A stretch of DNA of 61,561 nt, counting the filler, from Hausera hauseri (taxonomy: Eukaryota), in assembly GCA_046269625.1 (NCBI GenBank). It is 9 parts of 9 records of this genome, joined end to end, with 100 filler letters (N's around TTAATTAATTAA, not from the genome) between each part and the next. Parts side by side here need not be neighbours in the genome. Positions count along the whole stretch, not along the records: positions 1 to 4,719 come from JBJURY010462689.1; positions 4,820 to 10,015 come from JBJURY010310387.1; positions 10,116 to 15,695 come from JBJURY010226631.1; 6 more parts are not named here. One strand, given 5' to 3'. Shown in pieces: positions 1-13,100 of the stretch (its first letter is position 1; each line of letters begins with the position of its first letter). Under the pieces are notes generated by a model that was not told where the DNA came from, did not search any database, and was given only the letters and a program-made list of their open reading frames with translations. The position numbers were made by a program, and so were the translations under genes.

Positions 1-1099
1 TTTATTTCGTGCCAGAATACGTCGAAGAAATAAGATGGGCATCGAAAATGATACGTTGGAAGGCACACTTACGGAATCAAAATTTTCATTTGTTAATGGT
101 AATCCATCAAACAATAACAGTGTGAGGAATAATGACGGCTACATGCCCAATGAAGAATTGTCCATTGTTAATGTTCCCGGTTTACAATCAATGCGAACAG
201 ATCATACGTTATCATCACATTTGAGTGACCAGGAACTGGAATCAATACGTACCGATAATTCTTATAGTTCGAAGAAAAGGTTACACTTATTAGTCACATT
301 ACGTCAGTTGGATAATCACTTACCGTGTCCATTGAAACTACGTCCGAAATCGAATATTGAAATAATTTCGAAATTTCTTTCACATAAACCGGTTATTCCA
401 CCTCAACTTTCTTCAATTCAGTCAATAACAATTCGGTCACGTGCCGTACAGCAAAGAAACCCAACGATCCCGTGCTCTACAGCTATTCTGGACCCAGGAC
501 CATTGCCTTCCCAAGTCAAAGGTTGGATCATGTATTTTAATTATCTCTCAATAACACCTTTATATGTTTATGCGTGCTCATATAACATTACTAGAATACG
601 ACGATACATACGAGCCCATATTTACTGACCTAAAGAATCTTCTATAAATAAAATCGTCAAGTCTATCATTCAAGTGTCAAATGCACCGTCTAAATTACAA
701 CTTAATATACATTTTACAGGAATCGGTAAAAATGGGATTCTACAAATCTAAAACGTCAATCACGATAGATGATCATACAGTTTTCAGAATTATCTATTTT
801 CTTATTTTAGAAATAGTTTATTTTGACGTCATCCTGTACAATACCAATAAATCTGATTTCCTAGGTTCCAGCAACTTTCTCGTAACATGCAGCGTAGATA
901 GAAATTTTGGAGTGAAAATCACAATATTTTATAATCTCTCAACTTGCTTTCCGTTTGTCATTAAGAATAATACGATACACCAACTACGTCGAACTTCCGA
1001 AGAAGAAAAATACGTTTTTACCCTTTTACAATACGTTAATACGATCACTCGAAGACAACATACAATGAGTCTAGAGTTAATACGACCCGAATCTCACAG

Positions 1100-3680
1100 C
1101 ACCTGTGGTTTTGACGCAATCGTGTCCCCGGCGGCGCACTATATCCCTGACATGATATACCTTTATCCCTATTTTTTTCCTTTAAAATAAACATCCACAC
1201 ACACCACACACACGATAATGCAACAGTAGCAGACTTGTTTGTAGATTTGGCTCATCGCATTAACTTAAAAAGCTACACACTAAGCATAAACGCATGCCAT
1301 CTTCATTATTCCGATTTAATATCATCCTTTTTATCCTCATATTCAACACTACTAATTACCTTATGTCCTCGCCTATTCGGTGGTTCCGACACCAAATCTG
1401 CATTAAAAGATCTTCAGGAACTCACCAATATTCCCACCATACACGTTCCTGTAAAGCAATCGCCTTTAGTTCTACCTGCAGCATCCTCTTTGGTCAATTT
1501 ACCCTGTGTCGGTTATTTTACAGACAAACAACATTCCAGTCGTACATGGCTAAAATTCCATGTACAGTGGCTAAAATCGAATAAGACCACTGACCCTTTC
1601 TTCAAGGCCAATAGCCTATTAATACTATTACCAGCCAGCCTTATATCACTGCTCCAAAATCTTTCAGAAATCTTTCAGACCGCAAACCCATACAAAACAC
1701 TATTCAACGCCGTTCTTAAACTGACCGAGCATTCTGTGGATAACATTATCCAGAAATTTTTCAATGACAACACCATAGGCACACTAAAACCCTCTGAATT
1801 TTTGCAAATATCTTTGACCCAATTAAACAAGTTAGGAGTGAACCAGACCAACAATGCCGATTTACTGAGTAGATATTTTCTCCAATCGTTGCCGAAAGAA
1901 ATACGCACCTTACTAATTGTCCTTAAAGATACCGCTACGTTAGGAAAGTTAGCACAACTGGCTGATAAAAGCTATGAAATATTAATTACACACTATACTC
2001 CTATTGTCACAACTACATTACAACCGCCTATGACACCACCCAATGTAGAAATCGTAGCGCTGAATAACCAAATAAACGCTCTCAGGGCTGAAAACACGGC
2101 AATACACCAAGCCAGTTCTGCTTTAACTTCTAAATTGGACAATTTATCCATGCCACGAGGAGGTCGATTCACACGCAATCATAGCCGTGCTTCATCGCAA
2201 AATTCGAGATCCGCTAGGCCCCTACTCGACCTATGGGGTGCTATTATCACACTAAATTCAAGGACCAATCCAACAAATGTTGCTTGGGGTGTAAATTCTT
2301 TACACCAGCTTTTCAAAAATCCGACATAGTTTTTATTTACCATAATAGGTTCAGCAGAAAAGCCCGAAACTGCATCAACGGTTGCACGTTTTCCAGTCGA
2401 CTTAACCAATTCCATCATAATTCTCCCGACTCCTCAAATCCTACTATCCAAAAAACTGACAAAGCCGCCAGATGTTTGGGCACATACTGGCACAGGCAAA
2501 CGTCTTCAATCTAATAGCCGTACTTACGCTGTTTTCACATTAAAAACCTCCTTAATATCCAGACCCAATCAACCAATCAACTTCCTTATTGACTCAGGGG
2601 CTGCTGTTTCTTTGTTATCACCATCCATCTCACAATTTAACACTATATTATACACAGCTAACGGCCAAGCTTTACGCATTTTCGGCACGTCCAAAGTTTC
2701 ATTCAATTTACCACCATTATCCGACATTTTCAATTGGACATTCATCGTTGCCGACGCGCAATCTCCAATACTTGGGCCTGATTTCTTAACTTTCTACAAC
2801 CTCCTCGTAGATTGCAAACAACGTCGAATCTTCAAAATCGGTTCAATAAAAGCGACCTCTGCAAATAATCAACCGATCATACAACCTATCTCGCCTATAA
2901 AATCGATATTAAAAGAACCATCAGTTAACGCAAATAATAATGTAATTAATACCAATATAAATAATCCAACGTTTTTGTTGCAGTCCGGTAATAGAGAAAC
3001 AAAAAGCGTTGACAAGGACGATTTAGGTGACTCGATTTCTAGAGTTTTTTATACTAAATCCAATCAGTTCATTGCCTTAACAACAACAGCCTTTACTATA
3101 CTTAGCCAGGAAATGCAACAATACTTAGTTAAATCTTGTTTTCATACAATTAAAAAAGATCCAGCATTTCGACCGGCTAACACAACGCTCCATCATATCA
3201 TCACAGAAAATCCTAGGCCCGTTAGGCAGAAACTCGGCCCACTTTCACCACGCCGTCGACAGGCAGTCCAAGCGGAATTATCTGCACTCGAGCAAGCTGG
3301 CATAATAAAACGCTCGAAATCACCTTGGGCACCACCATTCCATGTCGTCCCCAAAAAAGATGGCACATTTCGTCCATGTAGCGATTATCGCCAACTTAAT
3401 AACGTCACTACCATGGACGCTTATTCTCTACCTTTGATTAAGGATATATTACATTCCTTACACAAGACAATAATCTATTTTACTATAGATCTCTAAAAAG
3501 CCTACAACCAAATACCGTCAGCGTTAGACCACATCCAAAAAACGGCCATAATAACAGCTTTTGGTTTTATCGAATACAAATTCATGCCTTTCGGTTTAAA
3601 GAACGCTTCACAAACTTTTTAATGGCACATTGATTCAGTTCTTTCAGGTTTGCCATTTGTATATCCGTATATTGATAATA
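1100..3680 (+). mobile_element. Degenerate, 3'-truncated Ty3/gypsy LTR retrotransposon, CsRn1-like clade (gag-protease-RT)
   Basis: Gag 'LKPSEFL..LLSRYFLQSLP..LAQLADK'; Cx2Hx9Cx3C knuckle CYYHTKFKDQSNKCCLGC (~2239); protease FLIDSGAAVS at 2582; RT 'SKSPWAPPFHVVPKKDGTFRPCSDYRQLN..TIDL*KAYNQIP..MPFGLKNASQTF*..YIDN'. It has premature stops (3494, ~3620), and similarity ends at ~3680. Confidence 0.93.
2582..3680 (+). pseudogene. Retropepsin + partial reverse transcriptase (pol) pseudogene
   Basis: DSG catalytic motif and ILGPDFL flap are in frame with RT motifs; two in-frame TAA stops; catalytic YxDD decayed to YIDN. Confidence 0.92.
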
Positions 3681-3712
3681 AAAGAATGGTATGAAAGAAA
3701 TACACTTTTCAG

Positions 3713-3803
3713 CATCTGTCTGGGGTACGCTTACAAGCTGTAAGCATCTCAGGTGTACGCTTACAAGCTGTAAACATCTCATGTGTACTGTTACATGCTG
3801 AAA
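3713..3803. repeat. ~30-bp tandem repeat, ~3 copies
   Basis: catctcaggtgtacgcttacaagctgtaa repeated with decay. Confidence 0.8.
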
Positions 3804-4079
3804 TTATCCAACTTTATAAATAAAAAATAAACAAGGCATAAGACTTTTGTTCTTGCTGATGTGGTTGCCAAATCCACGTCGCTGAGTCTGCATTCTTCCC
3901 GCGTCATAAATATTCTTGCATTTTATAGCCTGAAAACGATTGACTGGAGTAACTATCAAAACTTGACTACCTTTCCGGTATTTATCTAGAAGTGTCGACC
4001 GAAGTCATCCAGGCGGTAGAGAAGTGACCAACAGATCTACTGGTGACAACTTGATCCTGTCAACAGTTGCCAGTTTGCT

Positions 4080-4310
4080 CAGATTGATCTGGCCCCCATC
4101 CAGGGGCTCGCAGATTAAGGCGCCATTCTACTTTCCATTTGTGCAACCGGGAAATGAAATCCATTCTGGTTAATATCGTATGGATCGCCGTGGTTCTTGA
4201 AGATTATGAGATCACCTCTAGGAAGTCTGTCATTGCACCATTGCCTTGAAAGACCCTCTTGGTGTGCCACCTAAGGCTGAAGGAAAGCGTCTGCATTCAC
4301 CCAAATGTGT
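4080..4310 (-). pseudogene. Possible BEL/Pao integrase remnant
   Basis: Minus-strand fragments 'ADAFLQ' and 'KVEWRLNLRAPGWG' resemble the BEL/Pao integrase 'xDAFLQALRRF' and 'IEWRFNxxRAPWWGG' motifs; heavily disrupted. Confidence 0.35.
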
Positions 4311-4590
4311 CCTATTCAAGGCAGCAATAGCAATTCCCAGGGCCTCAACAACCCGTTTCTGGGCTTCAACAGGCCTTTCCAGGGGGCTTCAACAGTCCGT
4401 TTCAAGACTTGCTATAGGAGCTAACTATTCGCGAAGTTGAGATCATAACAGAACAGAACTTAAACAGTGGCGGATAGGTTTCATTTTCCTTGCCAAGGAG
4501 TCACTACTTGGAGGCGGGTAGAGACACGGATCGACTATGGGGCGTCAGTTATCCGGATGATAGAGGCCCGTATATATTTCACCGAGATCG

Positions 4591-4686
4591 GACACAACAT
4601 ACCAGGGCTCCACACGAGAGCAGACACAACATACCAGGGCTCCACACGAGAGCAGACACAACATACCAGGGCTCCACACGACAGCA
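4591..4686. repeat. 32-bp minisatellite, 3 copies
   Basis: gacacaacataccagggctccacacgagagca x3, with one mismatch in copy 3. Confidence 0.95.
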
Positions 4687-4719
4687 GTATGTTCTGTACA
4701 TATTTAAACAAATATTAAG

Positions 4720-4819
4720 NNNNNNNNNNNNNNNNNNNNNNNNNNNNNNNNNNNNNNNNNNNNTTAATTAATTAANNNNNNNNNNNNNNNNNNNNNNNNN
4801 NNNNNNNNNNNNNNNNNNN
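4720..4819. other. Artificial contig linker
   Basis: N44-TTAATTAATTAA-N44 (stops in all six frames), identical to the other seven linkers. Confidence 0.99.
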
Positions 4820-5342
4820 ATCGTTGCAAATATCGCCTATTGACTTTCGTTTAGGAAATTATGTTGGTGGGCAGTTTTTACTTTGGATAGGACTCTCTTT
4901 AAATGCATTTCATACGTTTATGTACAACCGCTTATGGCGTCAATCAGCATTTCATATTTTGGGTGAAAACGTCTAAACGAAATCATCTAAAGTAAAACGA
5001 GTTGCATCGAGACTGATATGTTATGTTGCAAGAGTCTTTGTTGCTCTTCAGCCACGGGTGGCTCCGGATTTTTACCGTAAACGTCATCAAAGTCGACTAA
5101 GTAATAATGTTCACGTTTATTCAGCACGACCAAGATCTTTAGATGTTTCAAACGATTTTCCAAAAGTCTACTTCTTGTGTCTTTGTCCGAACTACCAAGA
5201 ATCGCAGCGTATTTTATTGCTCTTGTTTGATGTAGATTAATGAAAACAACTACAAATTATTCACATTTTTATCAAATTTCTGACGAAATTCGAAACCTTG
5301 ATCAAATATCCCAAACATCGATACTCGACAACATTCCGATAC

Positions 5343-8055
5343 TGTGCGGTTTGATGGGAAATTGGGCCCACCAGCATTTTGCTGCCCGCCTCATCGAGAC
5401 GGAAATCCCGACCGCCAACCCTATGCAGGTCGTTCGGACGGCGCTTTCGGCGTTGGCCCCACACCATGCCCCCAGGCGCACCACTGCTCCCACTTTCATT
5501 TTCTTTTTTTTTTAACATTATACACATCTGTACCCTCAATACAACACATCCACACATTCCCATCTTACAGACCTGCATTTCTTCCTTACTCAATTCTTCA
5601 GACTTTTACTTCAGCCATTACGGTACTATCATACATTTCAACGAAACTTCTTTTCTAAATCACGCTTGTTTCAACATATCTCCGTATCCGTGGTGGCAAG
5701 AACACTTCGCCAAACATTGACACCGCAGATACAACTACTACAAAAAAGGCAATGCCCATTCTCTACTACACCAGACCAAATTATCCACCTCCTTCAACCG
5801 ACGCAAATTCTTCAAACAAAAGTCCTATCAATACTTCTCCACATTGCACTGAATACTTCATAGATAGTGAAATGTCCAGCAAAACGTGACTCCACTTCCA
5901 TCAACTCTGATTACAGTCCAACGGTATTGCAGACTCCTTATCCAAAGCCCATAGCCTACTTTATCTTCTCCTAAACTCCATAAAAGCCTCAATTCATAAC
6001 TTACTGAACATCTTTCAACACTGTGACCCTTATGCCCAATTATACGACGCTGTATTAAAACAGACAAAACCATCAATTGATTCAATAATGCAACGTTTCT
6101 TTAATAAAAACGCAATGGGGACACAAAAACCCAGTGACTTCCTACGCACCTCGTTGGCACACTTACGTACTCTTGGCGTCACTAAAGAGCACAACCCAGA
6201 TTTTCTACGCCATTATTTTCTTAATGCGTTACCTATCCAAATCCGGTACCTCCTTACCGTGGTGGGAGACTCCACGCCACTTAGAAAATTGGCCGAATTA
6301 GCCGATAGGACACACGATGTCATACACGCAAATTCTCGACCAGTCGTTTCAGCAGCAGTTGCCGCTAACGACAATACATCCATAGAACAACAGCTTAATC
6401 AGCTACGTCCTGAAAATATTGTATTGCAGGCAACTATCAACAACACCGTCAATGCGTTCCGATGTGCAGGCATGGGTTAAGGAGTGTGTGGCTTGCCAAA
6501 ATTACAAAACAGCTAAGCATTTAAAGTTACCACTATTCCACTGTCCCTGCACATCGCGTTTCGAATCCGTGCATATAGACATCGTTGGCCCTCTTCCTCC
6601 AGAAAACAGTCATCAATTCATCCTCACCATGATGGACAGTTCCTCGCGATGGCCAGAAGCCATCCCTCTGCGGAGCACAAACACCGACACCATATCTGAC
6701 ATTTTCATTCGCACATGGATTAGCAGGTTTTGATCACCTCGCTTCATCATCACGGACCAGGGTCCACAGTTTGAATTCAACCTGTTCAAATCCCTTGTAC
6801 ACCGATTGGGGATCCATCAAATACATACTACGCCTTATCACCCCCAATCGAATGGCCTTCTACAACGTTTCCACCGAAAATTGAAAACGTCACTAAGAAT
6901 TCTGTCAGAGTCCAACACTAGTTGGACGAATCTTCTTCCGTTCGTTCTGCTTGGCTGGCGGAACACTCCGTCCACTTCTACAGGATGCTCACCTACTGAA
7001 GCCTTATTCGGAACTCCTGTCCGATCATTATTTGAACTAACCGCACTAGACGACACTCCCACGGATGAGACGATACGGGCGGCGCAAAATCACTTAGTCG
7101 AGGTCAGCAAAGATTCGTTCTGCAGGCTACTTCACAAAGACAAAACATGCTTACCCGAAGATTTGTATTCGGCAAAATTCGTATGGCTAAAGAATCAAGT
7201 GCCTTGGGATTTCCAGCCACGGTACTTGGAGCCCTATAAACTGATACAGCTGCACTCACACAACGTCATTATCTCTAAAGACGACAAAGACCTTATAGTA
7301 CATATTACCAACTTAAAGCCCGCTTTCTTTGTCCACGACACCCTACCAAGCGACATGTCAACCACTTTTCTCACTTTTACACTTCCTGCTATCCCTGTAT
7401 CTATTGCTACGTCATTTCCACCTTTTCCTTTTGCGCCTAGTCCTGCTCCATCATTTTCTACACTTTCTACTTCCATTCCTACCACTCCCTCTGTATCATC
7501 TTCCTCTTCCATTCTTTTACTCAACACAATTCCAATCTCTACTCCAGCTTTTTCTCTCTTCCTTTATCTGCCCGTACACCTTTTATCGCTCCTCCGTCCT
7601 CTAACACTCTTTTCAATGCCTTTAACCATCCGTCTTCAACAATCCCTCTTCCTTCTTCGTCCTCTTCTTTTCTTTATTCCGACTCATCTTAGCACGACAC
7701 AACACCTACACCAAAATCTACCAACCTTTTTCCCCAACCTCAATCTCTGCAAACAAACACATTGCATAAAGACACAACACGCAGAGTCACATTCGGCAAG
7801 TACAGCAGGGAAAAATCAGTTGAAGGTACCCAATGTCTTATTCACACTAAGCTCAGTTAACACAGACATTTTTCGTTTTGCAATTTTTTCTCTCTGTCCT
7901 TTTACCCTTCATAGTTTTAACTTTGCCACGGGGTGTGATGTGGTGCCCACAGCGGCCGGCGCTTTTTGGCCCATTCTGTTGGACACGGCCAGACGTCCAC
8001 TTTCGACGCGTCGGGCACATAGGCAGGCCCCGATTTCCTGCCTCGAAACCTCACA
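5343..8055 (+). mobile_element. Internally deleted gypsy-type element (gag joined to integrase) bounded by ~120-bp TGTG...CACA terminal repeats
   Basis: Gag 6088-6450 'QKPSDFLR..FLRHYFLNALP..LAELADR' (related to contig 1 gag); integrase 'VKECVACQ..VHIDIVGPLP..ITDQGPQFE..TTPYHPQSNGLLQRFH' 6450-7330; GC-rich terminal repeats at 5343-5463 and 7939-8055; flanks atac/agac. Confidence 0.85.
6450..7330 (+). pseudogene. Gypsy integrase (Zn-finger CC half, DDE core, GPY-like C-terminus) with a premature stop
   Basis: TGA at 6731-6733 interrupts 'ISRF*SPRFIITDQG'; 'RYLEPY' is a GPY/F-like remnant. Confidence 0.9.
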
Positions 8056-9544
8056 AGACGACTGCACCAAGCTCCCTGTCGTATGTATCAAGTAAAGACA
8101 AGCCAACTGATAGTCGCATTGGGGATCCTTCCGAAAGTGGTGGTTCAAGTTTATGAGCTTGACACTTTATCAGTGAATCCAGTTTAGATCAGTCAATTGC
8201 TTTTAGAGATCGTGATCATAATTTAAGTAGTCAAGCCCAGACGAAACAGAAACGTTGTTGGTAACTACAAAAGAAGAGTTCATTTACCGCCAGTAAAATT
8301 ACCCAATGGTGACGAAGTTGATCTGTTGCGTAACTGATCCTCAATTATTGAAATATATTTTCAGAAATTTGCGATATACGTATATACTTTTCTTTATACA
8401 TGTTTTTCAAACAAAAATACCACCTGCAATGTTTTCCGATATAATTTAACAAACCAAAACAAAAACAGAATCGTTACCCTGCTATCCATTTCAGTCTCAT
8501 TTTCTCAAGTGAACATGTGTACTCACACATACAAAGTGATTTTTCGAATGTTCGATAACCTCGTCATACGTTTCTATATTTCTTCAACACCAAGGTTCCT
8601 TATTTGATATCATCATATCAGTGTATTCTGAAAAGACTTTGCTTATCAGCTTAATGAAAATAAACGTTAAAAAATTTTTGTATTCATAATTTTGACACTA
8701 CTTTGTTTATGACATAAACTTTTGGAAATTTTAAGGTCGTTAGAAAGTCGAAATAAATGGGATGTGATTTCCAATCTTTTAATTCGATGCACAAAGGAAT
8801 CAACTAATCAAATCAATCAAATATCGCAAAGTATCCTTTATTTAAATGTATACTCAGAAAAGAGCTAGGACATTTTAAAGGATAAAGAAAAGTTGGCTAA
8901 CTTTATCAAACTTATTTGCAAACAGAAGAAATTAAGATTCAAGTAACTATCTCTTCTCATGACGTTTTTCAGTTTGATTATTAGTTTCTGGATTTTGCAT
9001 AAGTGCGGAGATTCATGTCCATCGACGAGTAAACCAGTTGTTTGAATAAAGTAAATGTGTTTGTTTTGCAACTTGTAATTTTATTTGGAATACAATTTCA
9101 GTGACTTCATTTTGAATTTATTCCTACGATTTCGATTTATAGATTTTGAAATTGATACTTTTGTATTAGTTATTTGGATCTAACATTTTTTTGGAATTAT
9201 ACCGGGCATTATTCTCTACTCGCGTCGACAGATATATTTTATTTCAACCAATAAATTGGTGTCAGAAAAAGACTATTAAGCAGATTTCTTTAAATATGAA
9301 AAAATTCGTTACCGACTTTGATAGATTAACTTCATGATTATGAAAATATAGATGATTCCAGTGCCCTATATATCAAAACAAAAGCTGCCAATTCTTCTGC
9401 TTATAATTCATTAAAAACAAGTACGGATTTTCTCACTACAGAATCAACCGCCGATGCCTATGTTTACCTACAATCGTTGCATTTGCTGTATTGTGTGAAA
9501 AACGCAGTTGTCAAATCATCAGAATTCTATTGCTGCCAGGTAAC

Positions 9545-10015
9545 ATTTTTTCGTTCTCTTTTGGCAAATGCGTTAATGACGGATATCGTTGATGACAATT
9601 ACTTTTATATGTTTAATTTAAAGTTACTTTTTACTGCTAAGGCATTGAATGTTGCTTTACCCGGTGGTCCAAATTTGAGCCTTTAGTGAAGGACAGAAAT
9701 TTAGAGGATGAGGGCTGGAATGAATTTAACTATATCAACAGTCATAATTCGACATCCGATTCGAACAGAGTAGAGAACTGCATTCCCCTACGTATACAAC
9801 AGTTATCCATTTCAAGTTCATTTATCCTGGTATCATAGTCCAAACGTCGTTTATATTAAAACTGAAGATCCAGATCTTCCGGCATTTTATTTCGATGCAC
9901 TCAACGACAATCCGAACCAGAAACTGTTTTCGATTACGATATTTTCTTTCAGGATTATAAGTTCCCGGGAAATTTTCAACAAATATTGAAAGATATGCCG
10001 CTGTATACAGATAAT
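9545..10015 (+). pseudogene. PRPF8: Prp8 (U5 snRNP core protein) N-terminal fragment, pseudogenised
   Basis: '[37 protein letters not shown]', 'FEPLVKD..DEGWNEFN', '[41 protein letters not shown]' and '[10 protein letters not shown]' match the conserved Prp8 N-terminal region; two frameshifts (~9672, ~9740) and TAG at 9771. Confidence 0.92.
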
Positions 10016-10115
10016 NNNNNNNNNNNNNNNNNNNNNNNNNNNNNNNNNNNNNNNNNNNNTTAATTAATTAANNNNNNNNNNNNNNNNNNNNNNNNNNNNN
10101 NNNNNNNNNNNNNNN
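10016..10115. other. Artificial contig linker
   Basis: N44-TTAATTAATTAA-N44. Confidence 0.99.
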
Positions 10116-13100
10116 GCGAGATCAATCACGTGACATCATGTGACCTATCACGTGACATCACGTGATATCATGAGTTTATTCACGTGATTTCAAGAAATCC
10201 ATTTCGTGACATCAGCAAATATCATGAGTTTACTCACGTGACTTCGCGAGATCAATCACGTGACATCATGTGACCTATCACGTGACATCATGTGATATCA
10301 TGAGTTTATTCTCGTGACTTCAAGAGATCAATCATGTGACATAACGTGATATCATGAGTTTATTCACGTGAATTCAAGAGACCAATCGTGTGACATCACG
10401 TGATATCATGAGTTTAATCACGTGACATCGCGAGATCAATCACGTGACATCATGTTGCCAATCACGTGACATCACGTGATATCATGAGTTTAATCACGTC
10501 ACATCCAGAGATCAATTCCTTGAAATCATGTGAACAATCACGTTACATCACGTGATATCATGAGTTTAATCACGTGACATTGCGAGATCAATCACGTGAC
10601 ATCATGTGACCAATCACGTGATATGACGTGATATCATGAGTTTATTCACGTGACTTCAAGAGATCAATCATGTGACATCACGTAATATCATGAGTTTATT
10701 CACGTGACTTCAAGAGATCAATCATGTGACATCACGTGATATCATGAGTTTAATCACGTGACATCGCGAGATCAATCACGTGACATCATGTGACCAATCA
10801 CGTGACACCACGTGTCATCATGTGTTTATTCACGTGATTTCACGAGATCAGTCACGTGACTTTACCGGACCAATCACGCGACGTCATGTGATATCATGAG
10901 TTTAGTAACGTGACATCGCGAGATCAATCACGTGACATTATGTTAACAATCACGTGACCTCAAATTGTATCATAAGTTTAATCACGTGACATCGCGAGAT
11001 CAATTACGTGACATCATGTATCCAATCACGTAACGTCAAGTGGTATCATGAGTTTAATCACGTGACATCGCGAGATCAATTTCGTGACATCATGTGTCCA
11101 ATCACGTGACATAACGTGATATCATGAGTTTGATCACGTGACATAGCGATATCAATCACGTGACATCATGTGACCAATTTCGTGACATCACGTGACATCG
11201 CGAGATCAATCACGTGACATCACGTTATATCATAAATTTAATCACTTGACATCGCGAGATCAATCACGTGATATCATGAGTTTAGTAACGTGACATCTCG
11301 AGATCAATCACGTGACATCATGTGTCCAATTACGTGACATCACGTTATATCATAAGTTTGATCACGTGACATCGCGAGATCAATCGCGTGACATCACGTG
11401 ATATCATGAGTTTATTCACGTTACTTTACGAGAGCAATCACGTGACATCATCTAACCCATCACGTGACATAACGTGATATCATGAGTTTGATCACGTGAC
11501 ATCGCGAGATCAATCACGTGACATCATGTGACCAATCAGGTGATATCACGTGATCTTATGAGTTTAATCACGTGACATCTTGAGATCAATCACGTGACAT
11601 CATATGACCAATCACGTGACATCACGTGATATCATGAGTTAAATCACGTGATATCGCGAGATCAATCACGTGACATAATGTGACCAATCACGTAACGTCA
11701 ATTGATATCATGACTTTAGTAACGTGACATCCCGAGATCAATCACGTGACATCATGTGATAACATGGTTTTTTCCCCTGACATCAGGAGATCAATCGCGT
11801 ATCATCATGTGACCAATCACGTGACATCACGTGATATCATGGGTTTATTCACGTGACTTCACGATATCAATCACGTGACTTTACCGGACCAATCACGCGA
11901 CGTCTTGTGATATTAAGAATTTAGTAACGTGACATCGCGAGATCAATCACGTGACATCATGTGACCAATCACGTGACATTACTTGATATCATGAGTTTAA
12001 TCACGTCACATCGCAAGACCAATCACCTGACATCATGTGACCAATCACGTGACATCACGTGTTATCATGTGTTTATTCTCGTGACTTCACGATATCAATT
12101 ACGTGACTTTACCGGACCAATCACGCGACGTCTTGTAATATTAAAAATTTAGTAACGTGACATCGCGAGATCAATCACGTGACATCATGTGTCCAATCAC
12201 GTGACATCACGTGATATCATGAGTTTATTCAGGTGACTTCACGAGCGCAATCACGTGACATCATCTGACCAATCATGTGACATCACGTGATATCATGAGT
12301 TTGATCACGTGACATCGCGAGATCAATCACGTGACGTCACGTGATATCATGAATTTAATCACGTCACATCGCGAGATCTATCACGTACCATCACGTTATG
12401 TCATGAATTTAATCACTTAACATCGCGAGTTCAATCACGTGACATGATGTGGTATCGTGAATTTAATCACGTGACAGCGCGAGACCAATCACGTGACATC
12501 ATGTGATAATGTGTGTTTATTCCCCTGAAATCGCGAGATCAATCACGTGATATTATGTGACAAATCACGTGATGTCACGTCCTTTCATGAGTTTAATTAC
12601 GTGACATCGTGAGATCAATCACGTGACATCATGTGACCAATCGCGTGACATCACGTGATATCATGAGTTAAATCACGTGATATCGCGAGGTCAATCACGT
12701 GACATCATGTGACCAATCACGTGACATCATTTGATATCATGAGTTAAATCACGTGATATCGCGAGGTCAATCACGTGACATCATGTGATCAATCACGTGA
12801 CATTACATGATATCATGTGTTTATTTACGTGACTTCACGAGTTCAATCACGTGACTTTGCGGGACCAATCACGTGACGTCATGTGATATCATGAGTTTAG
12901 TAACGTGACATCGCGAGATCAATCACGTGACATCATGTGATCAATCACGTGACATCACGTGATATTATGTGTTTATTCACGTGACTTCACGAGATCAATC
13001 ACGTGACTTTACGGGACTAATCACGTGACGTCATGTGATATCATAAGTTTAGTAACGTGACATCGCTAGATCAATCACGTGACATCATGTGACCAATCAC

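Noticed and set aside
1120-1133. tRNA-Trp primer-binding site (tcgtgtccccggcg vs tggtgaccccgacg)
   Set aside because: Only 11/14 match, no clear LTR end precedes it, and the same bases can be aligned to the terminal repeat of the contig-2 element; left unresolved.
35-1190. ORFs 35-628 and 681-1190 as genes
   Set aside because: No recognisable domain or consistent exon structure, so they cannot be supported.
4764-4775. TTAATTAATTAA as a biological motif (e.g. piggyBac TTAA site)
   Set aside because: It is centred in exactly 44+44 N eight times, so it is a synthetic joiner; ORFs ending in X..LIN are artefacts.
7330-8095. Long hydrophobic/Ser-Pro extension of ORF 6806-8095 as an env gene
   Set aside because: It is C/T-rich low-complexity sequence reading through into the terminal repeat, with no signal peptide or Cys pattern of a glycoprotein.
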